Assembly (NCBI GenBank): GCA_964016885.1 | Contig: OZ024748.1 | Span: forward strand, 4,960,001-5,024,000 | DNA: 64,000 nucleotides | Source of the DNA: Eledone cirrhosa | Lineage: Eukaryota | Reading direction: 5' to 3' | Part shown: positions 38,977-53,124 of the stretch, piece after piece | Layout of the letters: every line of letters begins with the position of its first letter | How positions within the stretch are numbered: position 1 is the stretch's first letter | Program-made: the position numbers and the translations under genes | The notes under the pieces: generated by a model | What the model saw: only the letters and a program-made list of their open reading frames with translations | Told to the model about the DNA's origin: nothing | Database searches by the model: none

Positions 38977-39699
38977 GAAAAAGTATGACCCCCGACGGCA
39001 GAGCTCAAGCCGTGTCGACGGCTATTTCTGGACTAAATTAGAATTTTTAGCCTGTTGAATAAATAGCCGAACTTGTCAAGGGGGTACTTCCTTATATGGG
39101 AAGACTGTAGTTGTCAAGAGCATTGGTTAAAAATTTGTTGTAAACACAAATAAGTCTATCATGGCATTTGGTGGGAGGTAGGGTGGCTGAACTTGCCTGT
39201 AGAACAATAGGGGAGTGAGTCGAGCGGTCAAGCGTTGAAAGTGATATGTATACAGCAGATTCTAAGGATAATGTATGAAGTGGAGGAGGGAGGTTATAGA
39301 ATAGGTAAATCGAATGAGAGTAGGAGACAATAAAAGATAATAGATAGAAATAAAAAAATATATAAAATTAGATAGTGAGAAATAAATAAAAAAAAAAAAA
39401 AATCACACTGCTATCTTACAATTACAGGTTAATAAGTTGATAGACTTATTTGTGTTTACAACACATTTTTAACCAATCCTCTTGACAACTACAATATTCC
39501 CATATAAGGAAGAACCCCTTGACAAGTTCGGCTATTTATTCACTAGGCTAAAAATTCTTTATTTAGTCCAGAAATAGCCGTCGAAACGGTTTGAGCTCTG
39601 CCGTCGGGGTCATACTTTTTCCTATTTCCGACTCTACTACCCTAAGTATTGAGTACTCTGGTGCGTTATGGTCCATCTGGTTCCTTACCACATTTCCTT

Positions 39700-39701
<2 letters not shown>
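38976..39701. mobile_element. Longest family-A fold-back Penelope-like end (~185-bp inverted arms + ~80-nt tail)
   Basis: 38976-39161 is inverted against 39438-39622; the tail continues to 39701; microsatellite flanks. Confidence 0.88.
39514..39610 (+). ncRNA. Type I hammerhead ribozyme with variant core UUGACAA (U3-A8)
   Basis: Stem I ACCCC/GGGGT; TTGACAA; stem II G..CGGCTATTT/AAATAGCCG.C with a long insert; GAAA; stem III CGG(T/C)/GCCG; GUC triplet, predicted cut after 39605. Confidence 0.8.
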
Positions 39702-39786
<85 letters not shown>

Positions 39787-40235
39787 CACACATACATATG
39801 CAGGTGTTTTCATGTATGCATGCATGTATGATAGCAAGTAATGTATGAGTGAGAGTTTCGAGGTGATAGAGAGGCAGAGAGAGAGATAATGCGAGAGAGC
39901 GAAAGAGAATGAGGGGAAAGAGAAAACAGTGAGAAAATATGAAAGAATGAGTGAGATAGATATTTGTAAAATTGAGAGGAATTTGATCGGGTACGACCAT
40001 CAGTGCTAACTATACTCATAGTGAGACTAACTGTATGTTTATACTACATAAGGTATATATGTCCATCTAAGTGGACAATTGACAGTCAGTATGTCAGTAG
40101 AAAATAATGGTCAATTTTGCTGCGTGACATTGTATCAATAAGGACTTGCATTTGATGGGTCCGTGAACACATATTCCTTCTATATGTTAAACATTATCTA
40201 GTATATATTCAAAAATAACGATTCGCTTTATAATA

Positions 40236-40533
40236 ATATGGACTTTTGTCTATTAATCCGTATGGTGGGCAAATGGGGTCCCACGTGCTGGCCTCCACAT
40301 AGCCCCGGAGGAGAGGATGGAGAAGGCGTTTCCCCGGAGATGCGCTGGAAGACCCATTCCAACTCGCGAGGCTCACACCCGAGGCTGGCTAGCTCAGCGC
40401 CTATGGTGGTGAATAGGGAGGTAGCCCTAGGGCCAAGGACACCAGAAGTCTCCACTGCCAAGGGCACGGCCGCGAACCTGTCGAAGAGCGACAGGTACTT
40501 GGTGAGCTTGTTCTCCCCAGCCTGACCTGCAGT
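40236..40533 (-). mobile_element. 3' remnant of a CRE-like (restriction-like endonuclease) non-LTR retrotransposon
   Basis: GENKLTKY..FAAVPLAVETSGVLGPRA..EPRELEWVFQRIS; the second copy at 61.7 kb supplies LTILRGNAFS. This matches the K..KY / PLAVET.G / QRIS..RGNA C-terminus of CRE-type ORFs. Confidence 0.8.
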
Positions 40534-40682
40534 AGAATGTCGGATAGAAAGTTTTGTGGTACTCGTCCCGACTCTCAGCAATATGAGTTGAACACTTATT
40601 GAGGTTAACTTTGCCTTTTCATAAATTTAATGTCGATAAATAAAGTACCATGTATATATATATATATATGTAAAGTACCATG

Positions 40683-40725
<43 letters not shown>

Positions 40726-40774
40726 ATTTGAATGATGTGAATACATGTATGTGTATATTTATATTATATATATA

Positions 40775-40958
40775 AGTTTACCCCGGGTTTAATCGAGGGT
40801 AACCATAGTAAGAAAGGTACTCAGCAGAGTATAAATATTTAATATAGAAATGGCTTCTACAGGACTAGAACTTTTTATTTCAAGGAAATCATCAGGATTT
40901 TCTGACGATTTCCTTGGAATGAAACAATTCTTGTCCTGTAGAAGCCATTTCTATATTA
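40775..40958. mobile_element. Family-B fold-back element with HHR (plus-strand core 40899-40943)
   Basis: TTT-CTGACGA-tTTCCttGGAAt-GAAA-CAA..CTG-TA-GAA; inverted arm 40840-40896; homologs at 54715-54847 and 56408-56603. Confidence 0.75.
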
Positions 40959-41092
40959 TATATATATATCCATACACTTATATATGTATATCTATATATG
41001 TGTGTTTGTGTGTGTGTTTACATGTATGTGTGACATTTTATCCACGGTCGCATGTGTTTATTATGCTTCAGAACAAACGTGAAAAACCAGCA

Positions 41093-41420
41093 AAAGTTAC
41101 ACTCACAAATACACACACACACAAACATACCCTCAGTTACACTCACAAATACACACACACAAACATACCCTCAGTTACACTCACAAATACACACACACAC
41201 AAACATACCCTCAGTTACACTCACAAATACACACACACAAACATACCCTCAGTTACACTCACAAATACACACACACAAACATACCCTCAGTTACACTCAC
41301 AAATACACACACACACAAACATACCCCCAGTTACACTCACAAATACACACACACAAACATACCGACAGTTACACTCACAAATACACACACACAAACATAT
41401 CCTCAGCCACAGTTACACTT
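41093..41420. repeat. ~38-40-bp minisatellite x8
   Basis: Unit CAGTTACACTCACAAATA(CA)nAACATACCCT. Confidence 0.9.
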
Positions 41421-42707
41421 TCAGATACACACACACATGATCAAAAGATTCTTCCATATGCACATTAGCAAGTAAAGTGAAAGTAACATTCATAAGATGG
41501 TGGGAGGGAAAAGTAGAAGGGAGAGAGGATACGTGAGTAAGATAAAGATTATAATGTGTGTAGGCGCGGTGATGGTGGTGGCGGGGTTATGATGACGAAA
41601 TCAAGCGAAGGATTTTAAGAAAGATGAACAGTTAAGGTTTGTTGTTGTTTTTGCTGTAGGTGTTGTGAGTGTTGTTTAGCTATTGTTGTGAGTAGTGCGT
41701 GTTTGTGTTGTTTATCGTTGTTGTTGTGAGCAGTTGTGAGTGTTGTGTTTTGGTTGTTGTTGTTATCTTGTTATGTTGTGAAGGTATCTGGCTAGGTAGT
41801 TACGGATTTTCAGTTTACGATCTTAATACCAAGAGTTCGATTTCTGGTGAGTGGTGTGTCCTTGAGCAAGTCACTTCATTCAGCTTTGATCCAGTCCACT
41901 CAGCTGGCACAATGGCGTTAAATTTTGAATAAAGGGCCGGCTTTGTCACATCCTGAGGACCACTTTAAGAGTATAATGTAATATGTTTAGAATGTTGGTG
42001 GTGTTGTGAGTGTTGTGTTGTTGTGTTGTTGTTGGTGTTGTTGTGAGTGTTGTGTTGTTGTGTTGTTGTTGGTGTTGTTGTGAGTGTTGTGTTGTGTTGT
42101 TGTTGTGAGTGTTGTGTTGTTGTTGTTGTTGTTGTGAGTGTTGTTGTGTTGTTGTTGATGTTGTGAGTGTTGTGTTGTTGTGTTGTTGTTGGTGTTGTTG
42201 TGAGTGTTGTGTTGTTGTTGTTGTTGTGAGTGTTGTGTTGTTGTATTATTGTTGGTGTTGTTGTGAGTGTTGTGTTGTTGTTGGTGTTGTTGCGAGTGTT
42301 GTGTTATTGTGTTTTTGTCAGTGTTGTTGTGAGAGTTGTGTTGTGTTTGTGTTGGTGTTGTTGAACGTGTGTTGTTGTTATGTATGCTGTGGACGCTGCA
42401 TTGTAGTTGTGATATATCCATAAATACTTCGGATACAACATGCATAGAGAAGGAAAATACTACTACTGCTACTGCTACTACAAATGTTGCTTCAACTGCT
42501 GTTTCTAATATTAATAATAATAACAATAATGATAATAATGGCTAATAATAATGTTTAGAGAAGGCGAATCATCCAAAGAGAACGAAAATGGAGGCGGTGG
42601 AAACAAATAGGGAAGTGAGAGATAGCGATATATTTTGATAAGAAAGAGTTTGTGTGTGTTTATATAATACATATATATATACACACATACACACATTATT
42701 ATGCATG

Positions 42708-42743
<36 letters not shown>

Positions 42744-42753
42744 AGTATGCATG

Positions 42754-42784
<31 letters not shown>

Positions 42785-43089
42785 TTGAATAAATTCGTAA
42801 AAATAAACGAAAATAACAATAAAAATATCAACAATATTATTGCAGTAATGTCTCTTAAATAGTGTTGATTGATATCATAATAAAGCTGCCATTTTTGTGT
42901 AACACATCTATCAAAGTATTCCTTCTCCTTCTTCATTCTTTCTTTCCTTTCTTCATTCTTTCTTTCCTTTCTTCGTTCTATCCTCAGGATTCTGTTTTCC
43001 TCTTGTATTTGTCTTCGCAAAATTTCATCATCTATATATGCAACATAATCTTTTTTTCTACATCATTTTCACATCTTAAATTCCTAAGT

Positions 43090-43292
43090 TAGTATCGGTA
43101 GAGTGTCAAACAATATGCTTTGTGGCATAGGGTTATTGCCCTTTACGTTCTGAGTTCAAATCCCGCCAAGTTTAGTTTTGCTTTTCATCCTTATGACGTT
43201 GATAAAATAAAGCACCGGTAATGTACTGGGGTCGATTTAATCGACATTCGCCTCCCCCAGAATTGCTGACCTTGTGCCTAAATCTGAAACCA
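43090..43292 (+). mobile_element. Main-family SINE (longer variant)
   Basis: AGTATCGGTAGAG, B-box, core and tail present. Confidence 0.8.
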
Positions 43293-43340
43293 CTGTTATT
43301 ATTAGTAGTAGTAGGATTATTCTTTCTTCTTCTTCTTCTT

Positions 43341-43373
<33 letters not shown>

Positions 43374-43656
43374 CCCCCTTTCCCCTCCTTCCTCACCACA
43401 TTTCATCTTCCCCCCACATCAGATGTATCCGTTTCCTAAAGACATTCTCTCTCCATATCTGGACAAAATATTTCCCCATATCTAAGCTTCTCTAGCCCTT
43501 ATCTACAAACCCCATCTAAAAACATTGCTTGCCGTTATATGCATATGTCCACAATTATGCCGGGTAGAGACGATCTTAAGGAACAGCCACACTTTACAAT
43601 GTGTGTACAACCACAGTTTAGGGGCTGTTGTTTTACTGTCTCTACCCCCACAACAT

Positions 43657-43717
<61 letters not shown>

Positions 43718-43816
43718 CTTCTACATTTATATTATATATATATTTCTACATTTATATTTTCTGTTATAATTGTAATTGTGCATGTTATATTTTGGGGGAT
43801 CTCGTCTAGCTCATGC

Positions 43817-43850
<34 letters not shown>

Positions 43851-43873
43851 TAATAATAATAATAATAATTAAA

Positions 43874-43909
<36 letters not shown>

Positions 43910-44436
43910 AAAATAGTCGTTCTATCTTTTCAATTTCTGTATTCTTATAACAATCGTCGTTACTGCTATGTCATCTATAGACCCATACATACACATAGAG
44001 ACATACATACATACATACATACATACAAACATACATACATACATACATACATACATACATACATACATACATACATACATACATAGAGACATACATACAT
44101 ACATAGAGACACATACATACATACATAGAGACATACATACATACATACATACATAGAGACATACATACATATAGACACATACATATAGACACATACATAC
44201 ATACATACATACATACATACATACATACATACATACACATAGACACATACATACATACATACACAGGTTGAGGCGCATACAGAAACAAAGGGAAACAAAT
44301 AAACAAATCGCCATTTTGTCCATTTATATTTCCATCACACAGATCATACTCCTCCCCCTCCCCCCCCCCTTATCCTTGACACCATCTAACTTCCGTCGAC
44401 ATCACACAACTATTTTCCACACCCAATTCACTGATA

Positions 44437-44468
<32 letters not shown>

Positions 44469-44512
44469 GACATACACACACACACACACACAAACACAGA
44501 CACAAACACACG

Positions 44513-44562
<50 letters not shown>

Positions 44563-44659
44563 CATATATATATGTGTGTGTGTCTGAGTGTGTATGTCTG
44601 TGTGTGTGAGAGAGAGAGAATATCAGTGAATTGGGTGTATAAATATATATATATTTATA

Positions 44660-44739
<80 letters not shown>

Positions 44740-44791
44740 TGTATGTATGTATATATATATATATATATATATACATATATATGTATATATG

Positions 44792-44846
<55 letters not shown>

Positions 44847-45628
44847 ATATATATATATGTATATATGTATGTATATATACTTTCATCTCAGTCATAGCCG
44901 CCACATTCCAGTGTTGCTATCGATGCATGCAGGAAATATATATGCAATGGCCGAACACGCACGAATGGATTTTAATGTTTAGGCGAACCAGCTGATACGG
45001 TGTCGACCCTGGGACGGTGTCGCCGGCGTCACCTTCAGCTTGGGTGGCGTTTTTTTCTTATCTTTATTATAATTGCACCACCACCACCACCACCGTCACC
45101 ACCGCCACCACCATCACCTCCTTCAGCAGCAGCAACACCACTACCATCGCCATCATTGTTACAACTATAAACATTGACCTTTTCAAGGTCATCATTGTTA
45201 GCATGAATCATTGTCGTTGCCATGGTCAGCAGCTTCATCATCATCATCAGCAGCAAGATCGTCATCACCATCATCATCTTCATCATCAACCAACCACCAT
45301 CGTAATCATCATCACCACCATCAACAAAATGCTTCAATCCTTACTTGATTTAACAATACATAAAATATCGCCTCCAAACACTATTCTATACACCACACAA
45401 CGACGAGCGCCTTAATAGTATTATTCGACTTGCTAAACATAGCAGCCAAATCTCACTCAAATTATTCCAACCATCTTAACACTATTGTCCTGGATACCCT
45501 ATTATATATACTCATATACACAACAAAATGATGAACGCCGCTATCATGTTCGACTTGCTAAATATAGCAGCCAATTCTCACTCAAATTATGCCAACCCTC
45601 TTTACAAAATGTTGCCTAGGATACACTG

Positions 45629-45700
<72 letters not shown>

Positions 45701-45785
45701 AAAAATTGAACGGGAACAAAACAGAGAGGCAGTACGAACAAAGCTTTATTAGTTTCACGCTCTTGAGAGTGGGGTAGTGGTGGGG

Positions 45786-45819
45786 AACGACGTTTCGGGC
45801 ATAAGCCCTTCTTCAGGTG
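45786..45819 (-). ncRNA. Minimal Penelope-type hammerhead motif within a TA-flanked island (45697-45900)
   Basis: Minus strand cac-CTGAAGA-a-GGGC-TTAT-GCCC-GAAA-CG-TC-gtt; perfect stem II, palindromic ACGT stem III, only 2 bp of stem I. Confidence 0.75.
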
Positions 45820-46074
45820 AAAAGTGTGTGGGAAGAGAGTTCCAAGGGTGTGTAGGGGAGTGGTGGAGAGACATATAGAAAAAAGGGAGTGAGAGGAAAC
45901 ATACGTATATATATATATAAATCGCTTAGTGTTCATGGCTGGGATATTTGATCATATGTCTACTCACTCAAGCTTGACCTTGGGCTAAACAAAACAACAA
46001 AAACAATCGCAGAAACATTACCTCCCCACTCAGCTCAATCACACATAACGAATATATAAGCACAGAAATAGTTA

Positions 46075-46120
46075 TGACATCACTAACTTCAAACACTACT
46101 GTTTGAAGTTAGTGATGTCA
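46075..46120. repeat. Perfect 21-bp inverted repeat with a 4-nt loop
   Basis: TGACATCACTAACTTCAAACA-CTAC-TGTTTGAAGTTAGTGATGTCA. Confidence 0.95.
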
Positions 46121-46833
46121 CCATCTTTGGTCACCACCAACTTCTACTTCGGTACATAAGTAGACTGGACAATGTAATACATAAAAACAGAAATATCTGT
46201 AACAGCAATACTATAGCTGGACTACAAATACTGTTTGGGGTCTGACAGGGCCCGCTGGAAGGAGTGTTTGAGATCTTTGCCCCCCCCCCCCCCACGAAAC
46301 CTCTCAGGAATAAGTTGAAGAAGAAGAAGAAGAAGAAGAAGAAGAAGAAGAAGAAGAAGAAGAAGCAACGATGACGACGATGATGATTGATGGTTATGTC
46401 GATAATGACGGTTACGATGACAAACGTTGACGATAATGATGACAATAACAAACGGTGAATATAGCGATGATGATGATGATGATAATGATGATGATGATGA
46501 TGATAATGATGATGATGATGATGGTTAGTAGATGACAGGATAACAATGAACGAGACAGACACATCCGTGGTGAAAGGAAAGACAACGACGACGTCGAAGA
46601 TAATGATGATGATGATGTCGATCATGATGATGATGATGATAATGATCGTGGTGATGGTAATAGTGATGATGGCCATGATGATGATGATGATGATGATTGT
46701 GGTGGTGAGTATGGTGACGGTGGTGTCGGTTGTGGTGGAAGTCACGATGAATGTAAAGCTAACAATGAAGACGGTAGTGATGGTGATGGTGATGGTGAGG
46801 GTGGGGGTAGGGACAATGACGATCATGTTGACA

Positions 46834-46864
<31 letters not shown>

Positions 46865-47334
46865 TGATGAGGGGGTGATGATGATGATGATGATTATGAT
46901 GATGATTATGATGAAGGGGTGATGATGATGATAATGAGGGGGTGATGATGATGATGATGATGATTATGATGAGGGGGTGATGGTGATGATTATGATGATG
47001 ATGATGATGATGATGAGGGGGTGATGATGATGGTGGTGATGAGGGTGTGATGATGATGATGATGATGATGATGAGGGGGTGGTGATGATGATGATGATGA
47101 TGATGAGGGGGTGGTGATGATGATGATGATTATGATGATTATTATGATGATGATGATGAGGGGGTGATGATGATGATGATGATGACGCCGTCGATGATGA
47201 TGATCATGATGATGATGAGGATAATGATGAAAACAGTCGTTGCTATGGTGGTAGCAGCAATGGTGGGGGGAAGTCGTGATATGGCTTGTGGTGGCGGTGG
47301 AGATGTTCCTTGTAATATTACAACTGATAATATC

Positions 47335-47368
<34 letters not shown>

Positions 47369-47709
47369 CTAACAAGAAAAACGACAACGATTTAACTGCT
47401 GTAATGGCAGTGGGATAGCAGTGGCGGCGCGGTGAGTGAGGTGTAATGGTGGTGGCAGGGAGAGTGGGGTGTAGTGGTGGTGGCAGGGAGAGTGGGGTGT
47501 AGTGGTGGTGGCAGGGAGAGTGAGGTGTAGTGGTGGTGGCACGGAGAGTGGGGTGCGGTTGATGTTGATAATGATGTAGATGAAACAAATAGAGAATGTT
47601 CACGAAAGATTTAAAAGAAATAGTAAAAGATCACAAAACAAAGATGTTAAAGTGTAAATAAATATATATAACAAATAAAATATAATGCGCAGTAAAAAAT
47701 AAACTATTA

Positions 47710-48710
47710 CAAAAAATAGCTAACCAGAAGTACCACAACAACAATGACAACAACAAAAATAGCTAACCAGAAGTACCACAACAACAATGACAACAACAAA
47801 ATAGCTAACCAGAAGTACCACAACAACAATGACAACAACAAAATAGCTAACATGAACTAGAACTAACACCACAATGAAATCGTTAACCAGAACTAACAAT
47901 ACAATAACAGCAATAGTAACAGCAACAAGGAAATAGCTTACCAGAACTACCACTACAATAACAGCAACAAGGAAATAACTTACCAGAACTACCAGTACAA
48001 CAGCAGCAAAAACAGCTCCAACAATATGACTAACGAGAACTACCGTGACAACAATAACAATAACAGCAAGAATAAAATTGCTAACGAGAACAATCACAAG
48101 ATCAAACTCAATATATTAACTAGTCGGAACAACAACAGTAACAAAATATATGCTAGCCGGCACTATCACAACAACCACAAGAAGTACAAGAACAAAAGCC
48201 ACAACATAGAACTTACCAAAACTACAATAACATCAAGAACAGAACTACAATAATATCAACATTCATAAAATGGCTAAGGTGAACTTCAGAAACAACACTA
48301 ACATAACGGCAACAAAATGGCTGCTAACTAGATCTATAACAGTAACAACAACCACAACACAATGGCTAACTAGAACTACAATAACCACAACAACAACAAA
48401 ATGGCTGTTAACTAGATCTATAACAGTAACAACAACCACAACAAAATGGCTAACTAGAACTACAATAACCTCAACAATAATAAAATAGCTGAGCAGAACT
48501 TCAACAGTAACAAGAACCACAACAAAATGGCTAACCAAAACTACAATAACCTCAACAACAATAACTTCAACATCCATAAAATGGCTAAGCAGAACTTCAA
48601 CAACAACATAACGGCAACAAAATGGCTGCTAACCAGAACTATAACAATAACAACAACGACAACAAAATGGCTAACGAGATCTACAACAATAGCAACAAAA
48701 AACAATAATT
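47710..48710. repeat. Degenerate (AAC)-derived minisatellite with recurring AAAT(A/G)GCTAAC(C/T)AGAA motif
   Basis: The motif recurs about every 40-45 bp. Confidence 0.75.
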
Positions 48711-49459
48711 AGCGTTATATGTCATCCATATTTATTTTTTTTGCGGTATATTTAGTGTGGCTGCCATTAATATAGTTTTTACATTGTTTTATCTTTCTGC
48801 TTGACTAAGTTTTCATTCTTGTTTAGCTTGTCACCGCTCCCTTGATTTAATATTCCTTTATCAACTCCACTCAATTATACACCGACATATTGGTGGTGGT
48901 GGTGATGGTGTCAGCGGTGGTGGTGGGGTCGGTGATGGTAATGAAGGTGATGGCGGTGATAGTGGTGGTTCTGGAAGTGTTGGTAGTGATAATGTTAGTG
49001 GTGGTGATGGCGGTGTTGGTTGTGGTGATGGTGGTGGTGTTGGCGGCAGTGGTGGTTCTGGAAGTGTTGGTAGTGATAATATTAGTGGTGGTGCTGGCGG
49101 TGGTGGTTGTGGTGATGGTGGTGGTGTTAGCGACAGTGGTGGGTCTGGAAGTGTCGGTAGTGATATTGTTAGTGGTGGTGATGTCGGCGGTGATTGTGGT
49201 GATGGTGGTGGGTCTGGAAGTGTTGGTAGTGATAATGTTAGTGATAGTTGAACTAGAGTCGGCGGTGGTGATGTTAGTGGTGTTGGTGTCAGCGGTGGTA
49301 GTTATATGTGTTGGAGGTGGTTTTGTTATTGTTGCTGTGGTCGTGGTGGTGGTGATGTTTGTGATGCTGGAGTTTATGGTGTGGCTCAGAGGGGAACTTT
49401 CAAGGTGTAAATCCCATAGCCATTCGTGACCGAAGACGGTCTTTACACTTTATATATAT

Positions 49460-49548
<89 letters not shown>

Positions 49549-49608
49549 TTAATATATATATATATATATATAAAAGTTAATATATATATATATATATATA
49601 TAACCTTT

Positions 49609-49687
<79 letters not shown>

Positions 49688-51072
49688 TCAAATTATGTGT
49701 ATTTTGAACAATGAAAATGAAACAAAAGTCAGTTTTTGAGGAAGACGAAGTGATTGATCTCAAATATCGACACTAAAATAGGTGTTGACGTAACCACTAC
49801 CTGGTGTTCGAATATTCGATTTACCATGATCAAACGATTGTAAAAGAATGAAGTCCTCTTAACAATGTATATCCGACTTGTGTTTTATTTTCATTGTTCA
49901 CGATACACATATTTTCATGTCTCTGCAGCCTGTGTATATTCTTCGAAGATACCTTATGTGACAGTTGCCTACCACAAAAACTTAACTCCTGAAAGCATTA
50001 CCTTCAGAATCTACCACTACAACGCTGCATTGAGTTCTATCAATATTGCCTTCGTCACCTTAAATAGGTGTACACCAATAGTGTGTGTGTGTATATAAGT
50101 ATATATTTGTAATTGTGTATGCATACATGTGCGTGTATGTGTTTGCATTTCAATCAAATTGTATTTAATAAAACACTGGAGACGATATTTGTTTGAATGA
50201 GTTTGATTGATAAATATTATATATATATAAATATTCATAATTATGTAAATTATATTTTGTAATACAGACGTCCACTCTTTTCTCTCTCTAGGAGAAATTT
50301 ACACGATTTTCTCTTTACACTAAATTATTTATAGTGATCAATAATTATTTCTACTTTTGGCACAAGGCCAGCAATTATCCCAGTACATTACTGGTACTTT
50401 ATTTTATCGACCCCGTAAGGATGAAAGGCAAAGTTAACCTTGGCGGTACCAATATTAATAATAATAATAATTCTACATCGACGATAAGAGCATCATTAAC
50501 AACAACACTAGCAACAACAAGAACATCAGCAGTAACGGACATAACAATAAAGAATGTCAGGAAACTTAAAATATTAAGGAAAAACCATATTCGAACTTAT
50601 GAAACTCCGAAAAAAATTTTCTTTTTACAGAAGATGTAGTATGCTCAGGCGCAGGAAGTAACGTTAGATACAGTCAGTTGCTACAAATTAGCTTAGAATT
50701 AGGGTACAGACCCTTAGTCATGGTACAAGTAGTTGTTAATGGCCAGGTAACTTATTTTCCTGTTTTAAGGGGCCTAACCATATTTTCGAAGCTGTTTTAT
50801 AGTAACTGACTGAACCTACAGTTATTTCCAGTGTCCTAACTTTCTACATCTACAAGAAAAATAAATGTAATACAGATTGGTAATGTAGAATCAAATAAAA
50901 ACAAATGAAAACTAGAAAATAAATATTTGTAAAATAGAGCAGAAAATATCGAACAACAACAACTACAATAACAACAAACGAATATAAACAATAATAACTA
51001 TATATAAAATAAGAAAGCCAAGACCAACAATAACAACGACAACAACAGTAACGACAATGATAATAGGAATAA

Positions 51073-51261
51073 GAATTGTTTCTACTTATGGCACAAGGCC
51101 AGCAATTACACAGTACATTACTGGTACTTTATTTTATCGATCCCGTAAGGATGAAAGACAAAGTTAACCTCGACGTGATTTGAACTCAGACCGTAAAGGG
51201 ACGTAACTATGCTGGAAAGCATGGCGTCCAACCCTCTACCAATACTCTCAATCCACCGCCC
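51073..51261 (-). mobile_element. Full main-family SINE (partial copy also at 50345-50446)
   Basis: Reverse A-box, B-box, core and tail. Confidence 0.85.
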
Positions 51262-51409
51262 ATAGCAATAAGAATAACAACAAAAATATTTATGTCTAAA
51301 ATAAGAAAACCAAGACGAATAATAATATAAATAACAACAGTACAACAATAATAACAACTACAATAACAATGCAGCCACAATCAGCAATAACTAAAATAAC
51401 ATAAATTAA

Positions 51410-52462
51410 GACCAACAATAACAACAACAACAACAACAGCAACAATATCAACAACATAACTACGCCAAGAAACGACAATAATAACAGCAATAACAACAAC
51501 AACAGCAACAATATCAACAACATAACTACACCAAGAAACGACAACAATAACAACAACAACAACAACAGCAACAATATCAACAGCATAACTACACCGAGAA
51601 ACGACAATAATAACAGCAATAACAACAACAGCAACAATATCAACAACATAACTACACCGAGAAACGACAATAATAACAGCAATAACAACAACAGCAACAA
51701 TATCAACAACATAACTACACCGAGAAACGACAATAATAACAGCAATAACAACAACAGCAACAATATCAACAACATAACTACACCGAGAAACGACAATAAT
51801 AACAGCAATAACAACAACAGCAACAATATCAACAGCATAACTACGCCAAGAAACGACAATAATAACAGCAATAACAACAACAACAACAATATCAACAACA
51901 TAACTACACCGAGAAACGACAATAATAACAGCAATAACAACAACAGCAACAATATCAACAGCATAACTACGCCAAGAAACGACAATAATAACAGCAATAA
52001 CAACAACAGCAACAATATCAACAACATAACTACACCAAGAAACGACAATAATAACAGCAATAACAACAACAACAGCAACAATATCAACAACATAACTACA
52101 CCAAGAAACGACAATAATAACAGCAATAACAACAACAACAGCAACAATATCAACAACATAACTACACCGAGAAACGACAATAATAACAGCAATAACAACA
52201 ACAGCAACAATATCAACAGCATAACTACGCCAAGAAACGACAATAATAACAGCAATAACAACAACAACAGCAACAATATCAACAACATAACTACACCAAG
52301 AAACGACAATAATAACAGCAATAACAACAACAGCAACAATATCAACAACATAACTACACCAAGAAACGACAATAATAACAGCAATAACAACAACAACAAC
52401 AATATCAACAACATAACTACACCAAGAAACGACAATAATATCAGCAATAACAATAACAACAA
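51410..52462. repeat. 60-63-bp minisatellite, ~17 copies
   Basis: Unit AACATAACTAC(A/G)CC(A/G)AGAAACGACAATAATAACAGCAAT(AAC)nAGCAACAATATCAAC; explains the long repetitive minus-strand ORFs. Confidence 0.93.
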
Positions 52463-52638
52463 CAGATGACATCGTTACAAAATGGTTGAACGACCGTTAA
52501 AAAAATGTCTGCCATCAATTTAAGGTTCAGTAAGAAACCCAACCATTAATGTCCAGTGAAAAACATGTTACACTGGTCCAACAAACACCAAACTTTAATT
52601 AGCTGACCTAACGACCCCCACCGGTCTCTCCTTGTCCC

Positions 52639-52683
<45 letters not shown>

Positions 52684-52781
52684 CACACAAATATATATCT
52701 ATATATATCTTGTTCCTTATATCTCTTCTCCTCTCTACAAATACACACACAGACAATTATGCATATAAATGTCTTTCAGTT

Positions 52782-52814
<33 letters not shown>

Positions 52815-52955
52815 GTATATATATATATATGGAGAGAGAGAGAGAGAGGGGGAGGCAGGGTTGGGCAGGGTGGAGTGAGTGAGATAGTTAATAAATGAAA
52901 CAAACAAGTCACAGGAGGCAATTTTACACAGTTATATTAGGTTATATATATATAT

Positions 52956-53019
<64 letters not shown>

Positions 53020-53124
53020 TTCTCTCTCACTGTCACCAACATTCACTTTGGCTTCATTGATGATATTTTTCACAATTTATGGTCTGAATATATTGTCTAA
53101 ACCGCAGGAGCGAATCAGATGTGG

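Noticed and set aside
51296-52472. 388-aa and 363-aa hydrophobic repeat ORFs; also a CRISPR-like look to this and other arrays
   Set aside because: Units are multiples of 3 nt and lack unique spacers; eukaryotic context, no cas genes.
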